From Candidatus Bathyarchaeota archaeon (GTDB lineage: Archaea > Thermoproteota > Bathyarchaeia > Bathyarchaeales > Bathycorpusculaceae): a DNA stretch of 64,000 nucleotides. The position numbers and the translations under genes are program-made. Below the pieces are notes generated by a model that did no database searches, was not told the DNA's origin, and saw only the letters and a program-made list of their open reading frames with translations. Location of the stretch: assembly GCA_963733095.1 (NCBI GenBank), contig CAVTBV010000013.1, positions 160,001 through 224,000 on the forward strand, in the 5' to 3' direction. Positions 39,128-50,624 of this stretch are shown in pieces; the first letter of the stretch is position 1, and every line of letters begins with the position of its first letter.

Positions 39128-40888
39128 ATGCCCAAACTAACCCTCAAAAAAAAATTCGAAAAAACAACCGCAGACTTACAAAAATCAGCTAACGATTCTA
39201 CCAACAAACCTAAACGAGGCTTTAAATTAAACTTCAAAAAAACCAAAAAAAACCCAGACCCCTCCAAAAAAAGTTTTAAACTACCCAAACTTTCAAAATT
39301 TAATTTTAAAATCAACCTAAATCCTAAAGAAACCAAACCAGAACTCGAAATCGAAAAAACCCCTGTTGCAAAGAGTGTAGCAAAGGGCACAAAAATTGTC
39401 GACAAATATCCACTCTACGAGCCTTTCGCCCAAGTTGCAATAATTCAAGACCCCAAAACAGGCGAACACAAATACGTCCTCGACGAGCTCCAGCTTGACC
39501 AAATGGAACGTGGTATCTACCAACACATCTTGGAAATCCTGCTCGCCGAGATAGAATCCCCAAAAGAAGAAATCACTGATCCAAGAAAGTTTTTCGCACA
39601 AGAAGCCAAAAAAATCGTGGATAAATACCGAATTAGCCTAGGTTGGCTTCCTGATGTCTCTTGGTACAAAATTCTCTACCACGCTGAACGCGATTTGGTT
39701 GGCTTTGGCAAAATCGATCCCTTAATGCGTGATCCCAACATAGAAGACATTTCCTGCGACGGAGTGCAAAAGCCAGTTTACATTTGGCACCGCAACTTCG
39801 AAAGCATAGAAACCAACCTTCAATTTGAAAACGACGAAGACCTCGACAACCTTGTCGTCAAACTAGTTCACATGGCAGGTAAACACGTCAGCAGCGCTTT
39901 CCCCATCGTTGACGCATCGCTCCCGGGAAAACACCGCTTAGCCGTAGCGTATAGACGAGAAATTACACCGTTTGGCACGGCTTTCACTATCCGAAAGTTC
40001 CGTGAAGACCCCTACTCAATTATCGACCTCATCAATATCGGCACCTTTACCGAAGAAATGGCCGCTTACCTTTGGATTTGCCTTGAGAACCGTGCTTCAG
40101 TCATGCTTTTAGGTGGCACAGCAGCGGGCAAAACCACTGCGTTGAACGCTTTAGGCTGTCTCATTAAGCCAGGCAGTAAAATCATGACTATCGAAGAAAC
40201 AGCTGAGCTCAACTTGTCCCATGAAAACTGGGTCTCACTGATCGCGCGTCAAAGTTATGGTTTAGGCGGCAGCTCAGTAGGTGAAGTTGCTCTCTTTGAC
40301 TTGGTTAAGACTTGCATGCGGCATCGCCCTGACCTGATGATTGTAGGAGAGGTTCGAGGCCAAGAAGCTTACGTCCTTTTCCAAGCTCTAGCAACCGGCC
40401 ACGGCGGCATGTGCACTATGCATGCTGAAAACGTTCAGTCAGCAGTTAGACGTCTCACCCAAAAACCCATGGACATTTCGCCAGCCTATATCCCACTAAT
40501 GAACATCGTCATGTCGGTTCAGCGTGTGCATTTAGTTAAGAACGGCGAAAAGAAAGCTTATCGTCGTGTCCTCTCAGTCAATGAAATTGTTGATTCAGAA
40601 AAATTCATCGAATCCTTCAAGTGGGACCCGATTAAAGATCGGCAAGAAATTAATTTGGAAGGCAGCTTTTTACTTACAAACTTTTCACAGCGACTCGGCA
40701 TAACGCGTGAAAAACTCATCGAAGAGATGAATCGTCGCACTGAGGTACTTCGTTGGATGCGCAAGGGTAACATTCGAAGCTACAGAGAAGTAGCCACCAT
40801 AATCGCTGAATACTACGCTAGACCAAAAGAATTCCACCGAAAAATACACGAAAACGAAGAGGTTAAGCCAATTGCCGCTACTAGATAA
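39128..40888 (+). CDS. Type IV pilus/secretion ATPase (VirB11/FlaI-like)
   Basis: GGTAAGKTT, IEETAEL, VGEVRGQEA, TGHGGMCTMHA; Lys-rich N-terminal extension. Confidence 0.93.
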   Translation: MPKLTLKKKFEKTTADLQKSANDSTNKPKRGFKLNFKKTKKNPDPSKKSFKLPKLSKFNFKINLNPKETKPELEIEKTPVAKSVAKGTKIVDKYPLYEPFAQVAIIQDPKTGEHKYVLDELQLDQMERGIYQHILEILLAEIESPKEEITDPRKFFAQEAKKIVDKYRISLGWLPDVSWYKILYHAERDLVGFGKIDPLMRDPNIEDISCDGVQKPVYIWHRNFESIETNLQFENDEDLDNLVVKLVHMAGKHVSSAFPIVDASLPGKHRLAVAYRREITPFGTAFTIRKFREDPYSIIDLINIGTFTEEMAAYLWICLENRASVMLLGGTAAGKTTALNALGCLIKPGSKIMTIEETAELNLSHENWVSLIARQSYGLGGSSVGEVALFDLVKTCMRHRPDLMIVGEVRGQEAYVLFQALATGHGGMCTMHAENVQSAVRRLTQKPMDISPAYIPLMNIVMSVQRVHLVKNGEKKAYRRVLSVNEIVDSEKFIESFKWDPIKDRQEINLEGSFLLTNFSQRLGITREKLIEEMNRRTEVLRWMRKGNIRSYREVATIIAEYYARPKEFHRKIHENEEVKPIAATR

Positions 40889-42593
40889 ATTTGAAGCCTT
40901 GTCATTTCGCCTCTTCGGCCGTTTCTCACCGTACATCTTAAAGAAGGTCTTCCCACAGATCAAAGGTGCCCTCGAAAAGGGGCGCGTAAAAATTTACTCC
41001 GAAACCTACGTTTCATTAATGTTCTTTATAGCATTATTGACTTTGCCAGTTTCAGTTTTAGCTGGAACTGCAGCTTTAATCTTCGGTTTTCTGCCTCTCT
41101 TGATATTAGTTCCCCTTCCACTTTTCGTTATTGTTGGCTTTTTAGTTGTTCCCATGAATAATGCCAGCGATAGATCCTCAAGCTTAGAGCGAGAAATGCC
41201 TTTTGCAGCTGCCTACATCAGCGTCATGTCCTCAGGAGGCATAGCGCCCTACACAAGTTTCAAACGGTTAACTCAAGTGGACCTCATGCCCGCGATGAGT
41301 AAAGAAGCAAGAGACATTATCAAAGACGTTGAAATATTCGGTGTTGATCCGCTTTCAGCTCTTGACCAGGCTTCAAAAAAGACTCCGCTGGATATATTCA
41401 AAGATTTCTTAGGCGGTTATGCTTCAACTGTCATCATAGGCGGTGACATCGGACACTACCTTGAGCGAAAGGCAGAAGACATCTTCAGAGCACGTGCTTT
41501 GCGAGTTAAAGCTGCTGCTGAACGTTTAGGGATGTTGCTTGAAACTTTCATTATCGTGATGGTCATGATGTCTTTGTGTTTTTACATTTTGTTTGCAGTA
41601 AACGGCATACAAAGTGGAGCCAACACAAGCGCAGACATATCGCAGTACTCAGGCATATTGCTATACACTTACATCTTTACACCTATGCTCTCGATGCTTT
41701 TCATCTACTTAGCCCACAGCATGCAGCCTAAAACGCCTGTTGTGGACATGCGGCCCTACAAAGTGTTTGCCGTATGCGGTGCTATAGGCATAGTTGTATT
41801 CCTGTTGCTTACAAACTTCATGGGCGCGATGCAGCTTCCACTCTTCACAACTTTGCAAACGTGGGGAGTCGATTTGCCCGTTGCCATAGCAGTTTCACTG
41901 TTCATTTCAACAGCTCCAGCCGCTATAGTGTATATGCGATTAACCAAAGCCAAAAACAGCATGGAGGCAGGCGTCGCAAACTTCCTAAGAGACTTAACTG
42001 AAGTAAGAAAAACAGGTCTGTCCCCAGAAAAATGCATTGAAAGCCTATCCAAACGTGACTACGGAACCTTCACAAAGGAACTCCGAAAAATTAGCTCTGA
42101 AATCTCTTGGGGGATTCCGATTAAACAAGTCATGAACGATTTTCTGCATCGAACACGAAGTTGGATGGTGCAAATCGTCATGTTTCTGCTAGTTGAAACC
42201 ATCGATGTAGGCGGCGGCACAATTCCCATGATTGAATCCTTAGCCCGCTTCAACAACTTAACTCAAGAAGTCGAGAAGGAAAAGAAAATGTCCGTTCGCC
42301 CCTACGTAATGATGCCTTACCTGGCATCAATTCTGCTAGTGGCAACCACCGTAATGATGATGGGATTAACCACTGGAATTGCTGTACCTGGTGCTGCCGC
42401 GGCTCCATCAGATAACGGAATGATGCAGACAATATTCATGTCAGCAGTCATATTCAACAGTTATCTCATTGGAATCGTTGCAGGAAAAATAAGCGAAGAA
42501 TCCGTCGGAGCAGGTTTCAAGCACGCATCTATCCTTGTGCTAATTTCAGTAATAGCTGCCAAAGTGATTCCGCAATTCATAAAACTCGGATAA
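40872..42593 (+). CDS. TadC/FlaJ-like (T2SSF) membrane platform protein, duplicated domain
   Basis: Two T2SSF-like repeats; follows the ATPase. Confidence 0.9.
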   Translation: MPLLDKFEALSFRLFGRFSPYILKKVFPQIKGALEKGRVKIYSETYVSLMFFIALLTLPVSVLAGTAALIFGFLPLLILVPLPLFVIVGFLVVPMNNASDRSSSLEREMPFAAAYISVMSSGGIAPYTSFKRLTQVDLMPAMSKEARDIIKDVEIFGVDPLSALDQASKKTPLDIFKDFLGGYASTVIIGGDIGHYLERKAEDIFRARALRVKAAAERLGMLLETFIIVMVMMSLCFYILFAVNGIQSGANTSADISQYSGILLYTYIFTPMLSMLFIYLAHSMQPKTPVVDMRPYKVFAVCGAIGIVVFLLLTNFMGAMQLPLFTTLQTWGVDLPVAIAVSLFISTAPAAIVYMRLTKAKNSMEAGVANFLRDLTEVRKTGLSPEKCIESLSKRDYGTFTKELRKISSEISWGIPIKQVMNDFLHRTRSWMVQIVMFLLVETIDVGGGTIPMIESLARFNNLTQEVEKEKKMSVRPYVMMPYLASILLVATTVMMMGLTTGIAVPGAAAAPSDNGMMQTIFMSAVIFNSYLIGIVAGKISEESVGAGFKHASILVLISVIAAKVIPQFIKLG

Positions 42594-42606
42594 GAGGCCA
42601 CGAAAG

Positions 42607-43440
42607 ATGCGAAACAACCTCAAAAGTTTACGGAGGAATAAGAGGGCAGCTAGCCCAGCTATCTCCACGGTCATAATTACCGCCGCCGTCGTTGTTATGG
42701 TTATGGTTGCGATGAGTTATGCGGAAAATATATTGTCGATGAAGATGGCGGAGAACGAGTTTAGCAGTAACCAGCAATTCATGCGCACGACTGGTCAGCA
42801 AATAGACGATATCGCATGGATGGTGGGTCGCACTCAAACTGTCAGCTACTCTGGCAGGTATGGACAAGTCAGTTTTCTTCCAGATGTTTTGACTTACACA
42901 TTTGAAGTACATACTACATCTTCAGGGTGGCAGCCTGCCCTGTCTTACACTACAGGTATCATAATGTTCAACATGCCTGTAAGTGCACTCTCGAAGGGCA
43001 ACGATTACTTTGAGCGGGTTCCAAATTACGCTAACAGTTCATTTATCCAGTCTGGTTCCTCAGCGCCGGTAGCTCAAGTGTTTTCAATAGAAAAATTGCC
43101 AATGCAAGACGGAAGTTATGTTAGAACAGTGGTTGTTCCAACTGTGCGCGTCCTAGGGTCAGCTGGAAACTTCAAGTTTTATCTTCCAACCCTCGATAAT
43201 GGCACTAACTTGTACAGGTCCCAATCGATAACAATGGTTGGAAACGACATCTCAAAGTTGCCAAAGGTCGAACAAAATGTTGACCAAGTCAGAATCACTG
43301 TAACTTTCGATAAAGCAGATCAAGGTTTCGATTCATATTTCTTCAACTTTAGACAGTTGATCGAAACTCAAGCGCTTTCTGAAAACTCACATGCTGAGAT
43401 CTACGTTGGCAACGTTGTCATCACAATAGGACAGGTGTAG
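42607..43440 (+). CDS. Pilin-like protein with class III signal peptide
   Basis: NKRA|ASPAISTVIITAAVVV. Confidence 0.8.
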   Translation: MRNNLKSLRRNKRAASPAISTVIITAAVVVMVMVAMSYAENILSMKMAENEFSSNQQFMRTTGQQIDDIAWMVGRTQTVSYSGRYGQVSFLPDVLTYTFEVHTTSSGWQPALSYTTGIIMFNMPVSALSKGNDYFERVPNYANSSFIQSGSSAPVAQVFSIEKLPMQDGSYVRTVVVPTVRVLGSAGNFKFYLPTLDNGTNLYRSQSITMVGNDISKLPKVEQNVDQVRITVTFDKADQGFDSYFFNFRQLIETQALSENSHAEIYVGNVVITIGQV

Positions 43441-43451
43441 GAGAGAGTGAA

Positions 43452-43928
43452 ATGGCCCACGTAACCATTGAATACATGATTCTGGTTCCAGTGCTGATCA
43501 TGCAAATTTTTCTATTCCCATTTGTGGCTACCACAATCATGAACACGTGGACAGATCAGCAGAGAACCCTTGAACTTCAAGAAATAGCAGGGCATTTGGG
43601 CAGTTCTGTGCAGCAACTGTACTTTACGATTAACAGGGCATCCGACGAGACAGGTTGTCTCACTTCAACACTTGATACACCCTCAACGGTAGATAATCAC
43701 TTCTACAGCATCTCTTTATGGGATGTTAGTAACCCAAGTTCGTCAGCTAAGGTAATGAAGTTAACTCTCAACATCATCGGGGAAAGCGGCGAATCATCGA
43801 GCCTTATAACATTAGGAAATAATGCTGCCTGGCAAGACGGGGTTACCTTCCGAAGTAACGTAACTTCCATCTCTGCAACTAAGTCATCAGGTTCCATTTT
43901 GCTATCTTTTGAAGGAGGACCCTCTTAA
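43452..43928 (+). CDS. Minor pilin-like protein
   Basis: MAHVTIEYMILVPVL resembles QxSxEF pilin N-termini. Confidence 0.7.
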   Translation: MAHVTIEYMILVPVLIMQIFLFPFVATTIMNTWTDQQRTLELQEIAGHLGSSVQQLYFTINRASDETGCLTSTLDTPSTVDNHFYSISLWDVSNPSSSAKVMKLTLNIIGESGESSSLITLGNNAAWQDGVTFRSNVTSISATKSSGSILLSFEGGPS

Positions 43929-45171
43929 AATGACAAGTGCAGCTATAGACCACATGATTTCCCTTACAGTTTTCATAGCAGCAATAATAATTTTCATAAG
44001 CGTATTTAGCCAAAGCACCCAGACAGCACTTATCTATGAACAACATCGCGTTTTGTCGACAAAAACCAGTGACCTATTAGACACAATGATGTTGAATCCA
44101 GGGGTACCAGTGAATTGGGGAAAAACAGATAACACACCTGACTGTTTTGGATTGCAAGACCCCGATTATCCACAATACAAGCTTAGTGGGTTCTCGCTCA
44201 TGCGGCTGAGTTCTGTCACTAATCCACAAGTTTACTATCCTCGAACTGACACCTACTACAGCAACACATCGGTAGGTTACGGCGGCTACCTGTTGACTCC
44301 AGCCTCGAAGGTCCTGAATTATTCAACTGCGTCCAAGATGCTCGGAATAAATGGATCATACGGGTTCCAACTAACCCTGACGCCCACATTGAATGTCTCA
44401 ACAGCCCAAGTTTCCCCTGACGGAGCACCCTTAACCTTGGGTGTTAGTGTGGATGGTACTGGTTACCCGCTTGCTGATGCGACATTAATTTACAATTTCA
44501 TTTTAGTCAACCAAGACCAGGGCCAATATCCATCGTTCACGATGACAAGTGGCTCAACAACCACCGATGGGACAGGCTACGCTCAAATTACTTTTCCAGG
44601 GGTCAACTCAGAAACTCAGTCTTATGCCTTCGTAGTTTACTCTTATCTGTATGGCCTCAAAGGAATGGGGTACTACGTACATGTGCCCTTGTCATTCACT
44701 AAGAGTGTAGTTCCAATGGTCGATAGTTTTGCAGACAGAAACGTACTGCTTGTTCACAGCAATTCAATCGGGAATTCTGCACAACCAACTGAATATTCCC
44801 AGTTATGTTATAACGCGTCCTTTGGGATTCTAACCGACGAATACACCCTGCGCCAAGTTACCTTAGATCCAGATACCTCAACTGGAACGGTAACGGTTGG
44901 GTCAGGATTGCCCGACTACGCCACAATTAATGTCCCAGACAACGATGGAATACTGCTTGTAACCTACAAAGATACGGTGTCTGGTCAGGTTGGGATTGTT
45001 CTGATGCCTTGGGGGTTAGGCTCAATGGCTTTTCCGATGACGTTAGGAGCTGACCCTAAAGGGCAAGAATGGGTCACAACTGACATTCGCCAAGTAACTA
45101 TAGGGGGCTTTGCCTATGAAGCAAAACTTGCTATGTGGAGTTTACAGGGAGTTCAGGGGTTGCCTAAATGA
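43929..45171 (+). CDS. Minor pilin-like protein
   Basis: MTSAAIDHMISLTVFI hydrophobic N-terminus; PGVPVNWG. Confidence 0.7.
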
Positions 45172-46533
45172 TTCGTACAATCGAAGTTCTGTTTGTTATA
45201 ATTATCATTTCTAGCGCTTTCATAGCCACTTCTTACTTTACTGTTTTGCCGCCTCCCCAGCAGGTTTCACCCATTAACCTTAAACGTCTGTCGTTTACAA
45301 CTTTGCAGATGCTGGATTCAGATTATGATTTAAGCGGAGCCGTCTTCGAGACTGATGATGCTTCAGTTTTGAATGGACTGCGAGTTGCAATCTCGGCATC
45401 GCTTCCCCCCAACATAATCTATAATCTGACAATTTATGAGGTGAACCAAGGATCCTCATTCGACGCAACAGGAGGCTCACTCTACAATCAAGCCACAAGC
45501 ATCTCGAACGCTGAAAACTTGGGAACAACCACCGATCTCTCCACATACATGGTGGCTTCCTCAAACGTAACATTCAACTTCACACCTGAAAAAATAGGTC
45601 AAGCAAACGGGGGAACACTCTACATATTAAACTGCAGCGATGCAAACGGCTGGTGGATCACAGGTTACACGGCACAGAGCCTAGCCCAAGACCTATACAA
45701 CTTGCTTTCACCTTATTTTGTTAACACGATAATGGTGCAAAATACAACTCAGCTTAGACAACTTATCGATAACCAGACAATTTCTGGCTCACCCAGCGAG
45801 CGAGTTCAAAACGCCGTTGTTATCAACACTTTCGGCGAAAGCGTTCCAATGCCTTCGGAATATTATCAAGGTAATTCCCGCGCAAGTCTAGGTTATGATT
45901 CAGGCGCTCCGAGTGGTTACAACTACGTAAAGTACTGTTGGACTTTAGGAAACACTGTTCGGACGTACAATTGGACCTGGGCCAGCATTGTTGGATACCC
46001 CTTTTATTATGTTAGCAACAATGCAGTTTTCTCAAATGGACAGAACAATTGGGGTATTTATGGTATGAAAATGAATAGTCAGGGTGGCTCAAGAGCCTTT
46101 CTTGAAGGTTTAGATAATCAATCGGTATAACTATGATTCCTCTGGCGTCGCTAGTGATGTTGGAGGCGTTACGCTTACAAACCGAGCCATTGTTGCCACT
46201 AATTATTATGGGATTTACCCCTCGCCCTATCAGACATCCACAAGAGCGCTTACTAATTCCATACTATCAAGTTATAATCTGACTATTGGACTTACCGTTT
46301 TCAATCCTGTTGGTACCTATAATCCTGGGGCAATATACAATCATAAAGCTGCTGGTTCGACGAACATTACGGGGTCATTTTTGGCTTTAGGGCTGACCCG
46401 AACACCTGACGTTCGCGTCACGGGTTTGGGTCTGCTTTCGTACTATCAGCCAAGATTGTTCGCTTCAGAATTCAACGCAACGGGTACCAGTCGCGTAGCA
46501 GTTCTGCAACTGGGAATGGCGGGAGGCAACTAA
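45168..46533 (+). CDS. Pilin-like protein (~454 aa) with a +1 frameshift near 46125
   Basis: MIRTIEVLFVII. Continues in a shifted frame YNYDSSGVASD...VLQLGMAGGN* to 46533. Confidence 0.7.
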
Positions 46534-46534
46534 A

Positions 46535-49364
46535 TTGTTGAACCGCAAGGGCCAGTTTTCAATCATCGCTGCTTTGCTGGTTGCTGTAGTCTTGATTGGT
46601 TCAGTAATTACCACTTACTCGATGATTCGTTACAACCCCGTTACCGGTCAACCACAAATTTTAAGTTCAGTGGACGAAACAAACTTGGGGCTTAAAGAAA
46701 TTTTGGGTTTCACAGTTGGTTATTATGGTTCAGTTCTCAAAGTCACCGGCAACCAAACATACGCTTATGACTTAGCTGTAAGCTACCTTAAAAGTGGACT
46801 CGAGCAGACAGGCGATGTCAGACCAGACTGGGGTGCACAGGTCAATTTGACAAGTTTAGACCTAACAACAAGTTGGTTTTCAAACGAGAGCTACAGCCAA
46901 GGCAACATGACAGTCACCTATAACTTGGCAGGTTTAGGCATATCCGGTGTCAGCTACTCTACTTCAACTCGACTAGACGTGCAAGTATCAAAGGCTAACC
47001 AAACCAATCAAGCACAATTGACTATTCTAATGGATGATGGGCAACCATTGATTAATCTGGGAAAAGAAAACTTGCAGTTATACCGTTATGTCTACAATTA
47101 TTCAGATTGGGAATTAGTTGAACCAACCAGCATTGCATCGTACTCAGATGGAACATACGTCCTTGGTCTGCCGCAAGGAGTAAACGCCAGCTCCTATGTT
47201 ATCCAAGTGGAGGATACAAGGGGCCTAATGGTTCTTGCCTCATCTTTTTCTCAAGTTTAACTCCCAATTAACATGGAACTCAAGTTCCTACCAAACAAGC
47301 TTCGATTACGTGGATAATAACAACTTGGACGTTTTGGGAACTCACAGCGACTTTGCCGCCCAACAAAACAGCCCCGACGGCGTCTATGATACTTTAACAG
47401 AAGCAGCCTCAGGAACAACCTACGTACCAAGCTATCCCACAAATTACAACCGCATAGGATCAACAACATTGACAGTGTGGTACACTTTCCAGCCTTCAAA
47501 ATAATGATGGCTCTCGTATGTCATTCGGATCTTATATATCTGGATCAAACCAAATCGTGCAGGTTGAGTTAACTGGCAATTCTGCTACGCCTTTTCCATG
47601 GAACAACCTCAATTGGACAATCGATGGCTCTGCTTCCACCACTGGTGTAACCGTGACTTTCCAACTTTACAACCCAATAACAGGTTTACCCAAACAGTGG
47701 AGACGGATACATGACCACCACATTTGGAACTGGCGATTCAACAATGCAACAGATAATAGCTAACAACACCGCTAATTATATTGACAGTAACGGAAACTGG
47801 AAAGTGAAGGTAATCGCTTTTAAATCCACTTCAAATCAATTTAATCTCAACTTGGACTTTGTACAGTACAGTCCAAACGCCACCAATTATGCACTTAATC
47901 TTCAAGAGCAATGGACAAACGTTAATGCTACGAACCTTCGCCAGGACTTATGCATCAAAACAGGCACTATGAGTTCGGAGCCTCTGTTGGTACAGGTGTT
48001 CGCATGGCGGTTCTTGGCAGAATTTAATGACGCTTACTCCTAACTACTTCAACAACGTGTCGCTGGCACCTTACATAGATTCGTCAACGTTTACCATCCG
48101 ATTTATGGATGGCAACAATGTCACAGACCCAATACAGGACAGCTGGAAAATTGACTCCGTCTATCTGCAAGATGAACCCGACATAAACTTCCTTGTAAAC
48201 CAGCAACAATCCACCTTCACACTTGAGATTCTCCAAAACGGCACGATGCGGTGGCTGGGTCAAAACATGCAAGTAACCACCCAAACCCTTCCCATCCCCC
48301 CAATCTCAGTAAAAGCATTGCACATAAACCAAACCATAAACGGCGTAAATCAGGAAGTTCCCTTTCAAATCGAAGATTGGGCATCCAATTACCAAATCCC
48401 ATTAGGCTTAACCAGTAATACCACGCTTTTTGGCAATCGCCAAATGATTGTTTTCCTATTAAACAGCAAAGTAACTGATTTTACAGTCTGGTGGAACGGT
48501 AGCGATGTGGCGACTCAGACACCCTTAGCATTCATTAGCAAGTATTTCGCTAACGATAACCCAAATGCTAACCCACCAACTCTTACAAATGGCAACGTTA
48601 CTCTTGCATTTGGAAACTTTAACGTTAAAGCAACCGTAGGCACAACATCAAGCACCGCAACTTTCATGCGTATAAACCAGCAAGCAAGCACTTATGGCGC
48701 AGGAGCGGCATACGTGATAAACCACGGTGTAGTAAGAGATATCGTGCAGCAAGAAGCAGAATTTAGCAACGGGGTAACAGGAAGCCCCAACCTCTATGCA
48801 AACATCGTACTGGAGTTACCCGCAAACTCAACCTACTACACATATCAGTTAAGAATAATGTTCATCGATTCCACCCAGGCACGCTCCATATCTGATTTAT
48901 GCCCAATTCAGTTGACAACATCGCTTAGTTCCCCACAGCTACAAACGGAAAATGGCACCCTCGCTGGTTTCCCCATTATCCAGAATGGTACGGGAACATT
49001 CCTCAATTCTTCAAGCGGCAGTTGGACAGCTCATCACTTTAGCCAGTTCATCTCAGCGGATGGTGGAAAGGGCGCTGGAATAATGTTCACAGATTCAGCT
49101 AACCAGAAGCTCTACGCGTTTGATTCCTTCGCTTCAAGCACCTCTAAGGGCGCCTTAAAAGCCAGCAGTGGATTGCTTGAACTGTTGCCTGTGAGTGCCT
49201 CGCAGGTTCAATTTACCTACGCATATGACATCACTTGGCAGGGTGCCATAGTAACGTTTGATGGTACGACGCCTTTATGCAACTTGTACGATGGAACAAC
49301 GCCAATGGGACTTTGGATATTGGCTGAGTATCCGCCATCCTTAGCGGTCACTCCCCGAAGCTAG
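46535..49364 (+). CDS. Large pilin/adhesin-like protein (~940 aa) broken by four +1 frameshifts
   Basis: NRKG|QFSIIAALLVAV class III signal. Five ORF-track fragments join by removing one base near each of 47255, 47475, 47685 and 48001. Confidence 0.75.
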
Positions 49365-49453
49365 CCTTTCCATATCCTTTGTGCGATGTAGCAGTTACCG
49401 ACAAAATCTTATTAGCCTAAACCACCATCAAACAACGCTCATAACAGAAAAGG

Positions 49454-50290
49454 GTGCAAACAGCAATACAATCATTCCAAGCAGGTTTAATTGCAGCAAA
49501 TGTAGCGGTTACTTTAGGTTTTCTATTTTATGCTTCATGGCGAGACTACAAAACAAGGGAAGTCAGCAACCGCGTCTGGGTAATCTATGGTCCCATAGCA
49601 CTTGCCCTATCCCTCTCTGAGCTGCTTTTCTTTGAACCATCCCAACTGCCTCTCTACGGTTTAAGCGTTGGCGTAACTGTTGGTCTTGCGTTTCTTTTGT
49701 TTTATGCTGGTGGCTTCGGTGGTGCTGACTCCAAGGCACTCATGTGCATTTCACTCGCCCTACCCTTCGCTCCCATAGCCCTTTCTATGCCCATGTTAAT
49801 CGATGGTTTATCACCAATTGCACAGTACATTTATCCCATAACAATCCTGGGCAACTCCGTTTTCTTCGCTGCCGCCACAGCCATCTACATGGTTCTACGT
49901 AACGTCGTTTGGCACAAAAAAAACGGAGTACAAATGTTCCCAGGGACGCTAGCATCCGAGTCCGTGGGCAAAAAGTTTCTGGCTATTATAACTGGTTACC
50001 ACATGCCTGTTGATACGCTTAAGAAAAAGCATATGTTCCCCATGGAAGACCTTGAGGAGCAAACCGAAAACCTTGGCAAACGCAAGCTTGTGGTATTTCC
50101 GCAGGATGAGGATGCACAGGACAAAACTATTAAACGTCTATCGACCGCAGTGCAATCTGGAAAAATTGATGCTTACGTTTGGGCGACCCCGGGTTTGCCT
50201 ATGTTGATTTTTGTTACTTTAGGTTTGATTTTTGCCTTAACCTTTGGCGACATTTTGTGGCTGCTGGTTAGGGTTGTTTTAGGTGCCTAA
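49454..50290 (+). CDS. Prepilin peptidase (A24, PibD/FlaK-like)
   Basis: ASWRDYKTREVSN, GGADSKAL, WATPGLPML. Confidence 0.92.
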   Translation: MQTAIQSFQAGLIAANVAVTLGFLFYASWRDYKTREVSNRVWVIYGPIALALSLSELLFFEPSQLPLYGLSVGVTVGLAFLLFYAGGFGGADSKALMCISLALPFAPIALSMPMLIDGLSPIAQYIYPITILGNSVFFAAATAIYMVLRNVVWHKKNGVQMFPGTLASESVGKKFLAIITGYHMPVDTLKKKHMFPMEDLEEQTENLGKRKLVVFPQDEDAQDKTIKRLSTAVQSGKIDAYVWATPGLPMLIFVTLGLIFALTFGDILWLLVRVVLGA

Positions 50291-50307
50291 ACTTAAAATT
50301 GTTAAAT

Positions 50308-50535
50308 TTATTGTAGGATGTTTTTGCTTCGTTTTGAATAAGAAATTGAGGCTGTAACCATGGACACTGATCCAAAACCGACAAAAGCAAGGGCGATTCC
50401 CCGATATGGATAAGCTAAACTTAGGCTTAAGGATTCGTTGTTGCCTCCGCTCTGGTAGGAATAGAAGAACATTGCTACCGCAAACAAAGTAATTGAAACC
50501 AATAGTAAGCTAACTTCAGTTTTAAACTTCGTAAC
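50308..50535 (-). CDS. Small two-TM hypothetical protein
   Basis: Two hydrophobic helices, YPYRG. Start uncertain. Confidence 0.55.
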   Translation of the reverse strand, partial: VTKFKTEVSLLLVSITLFAVAMFFYSYQSGGNNESLSLSLAYPYRGIALAFVGFGSVSMVTASISYSKRSKNILQ

Positions 50536-50624
50536 CTTGCCCCTCTTTAGAATATTATGAATTCATATTCTAAATCAAAAGGTTATTTTAGCTTTTTGGA
50601 AATTACTCTTTAAGGAGCCTTCTT

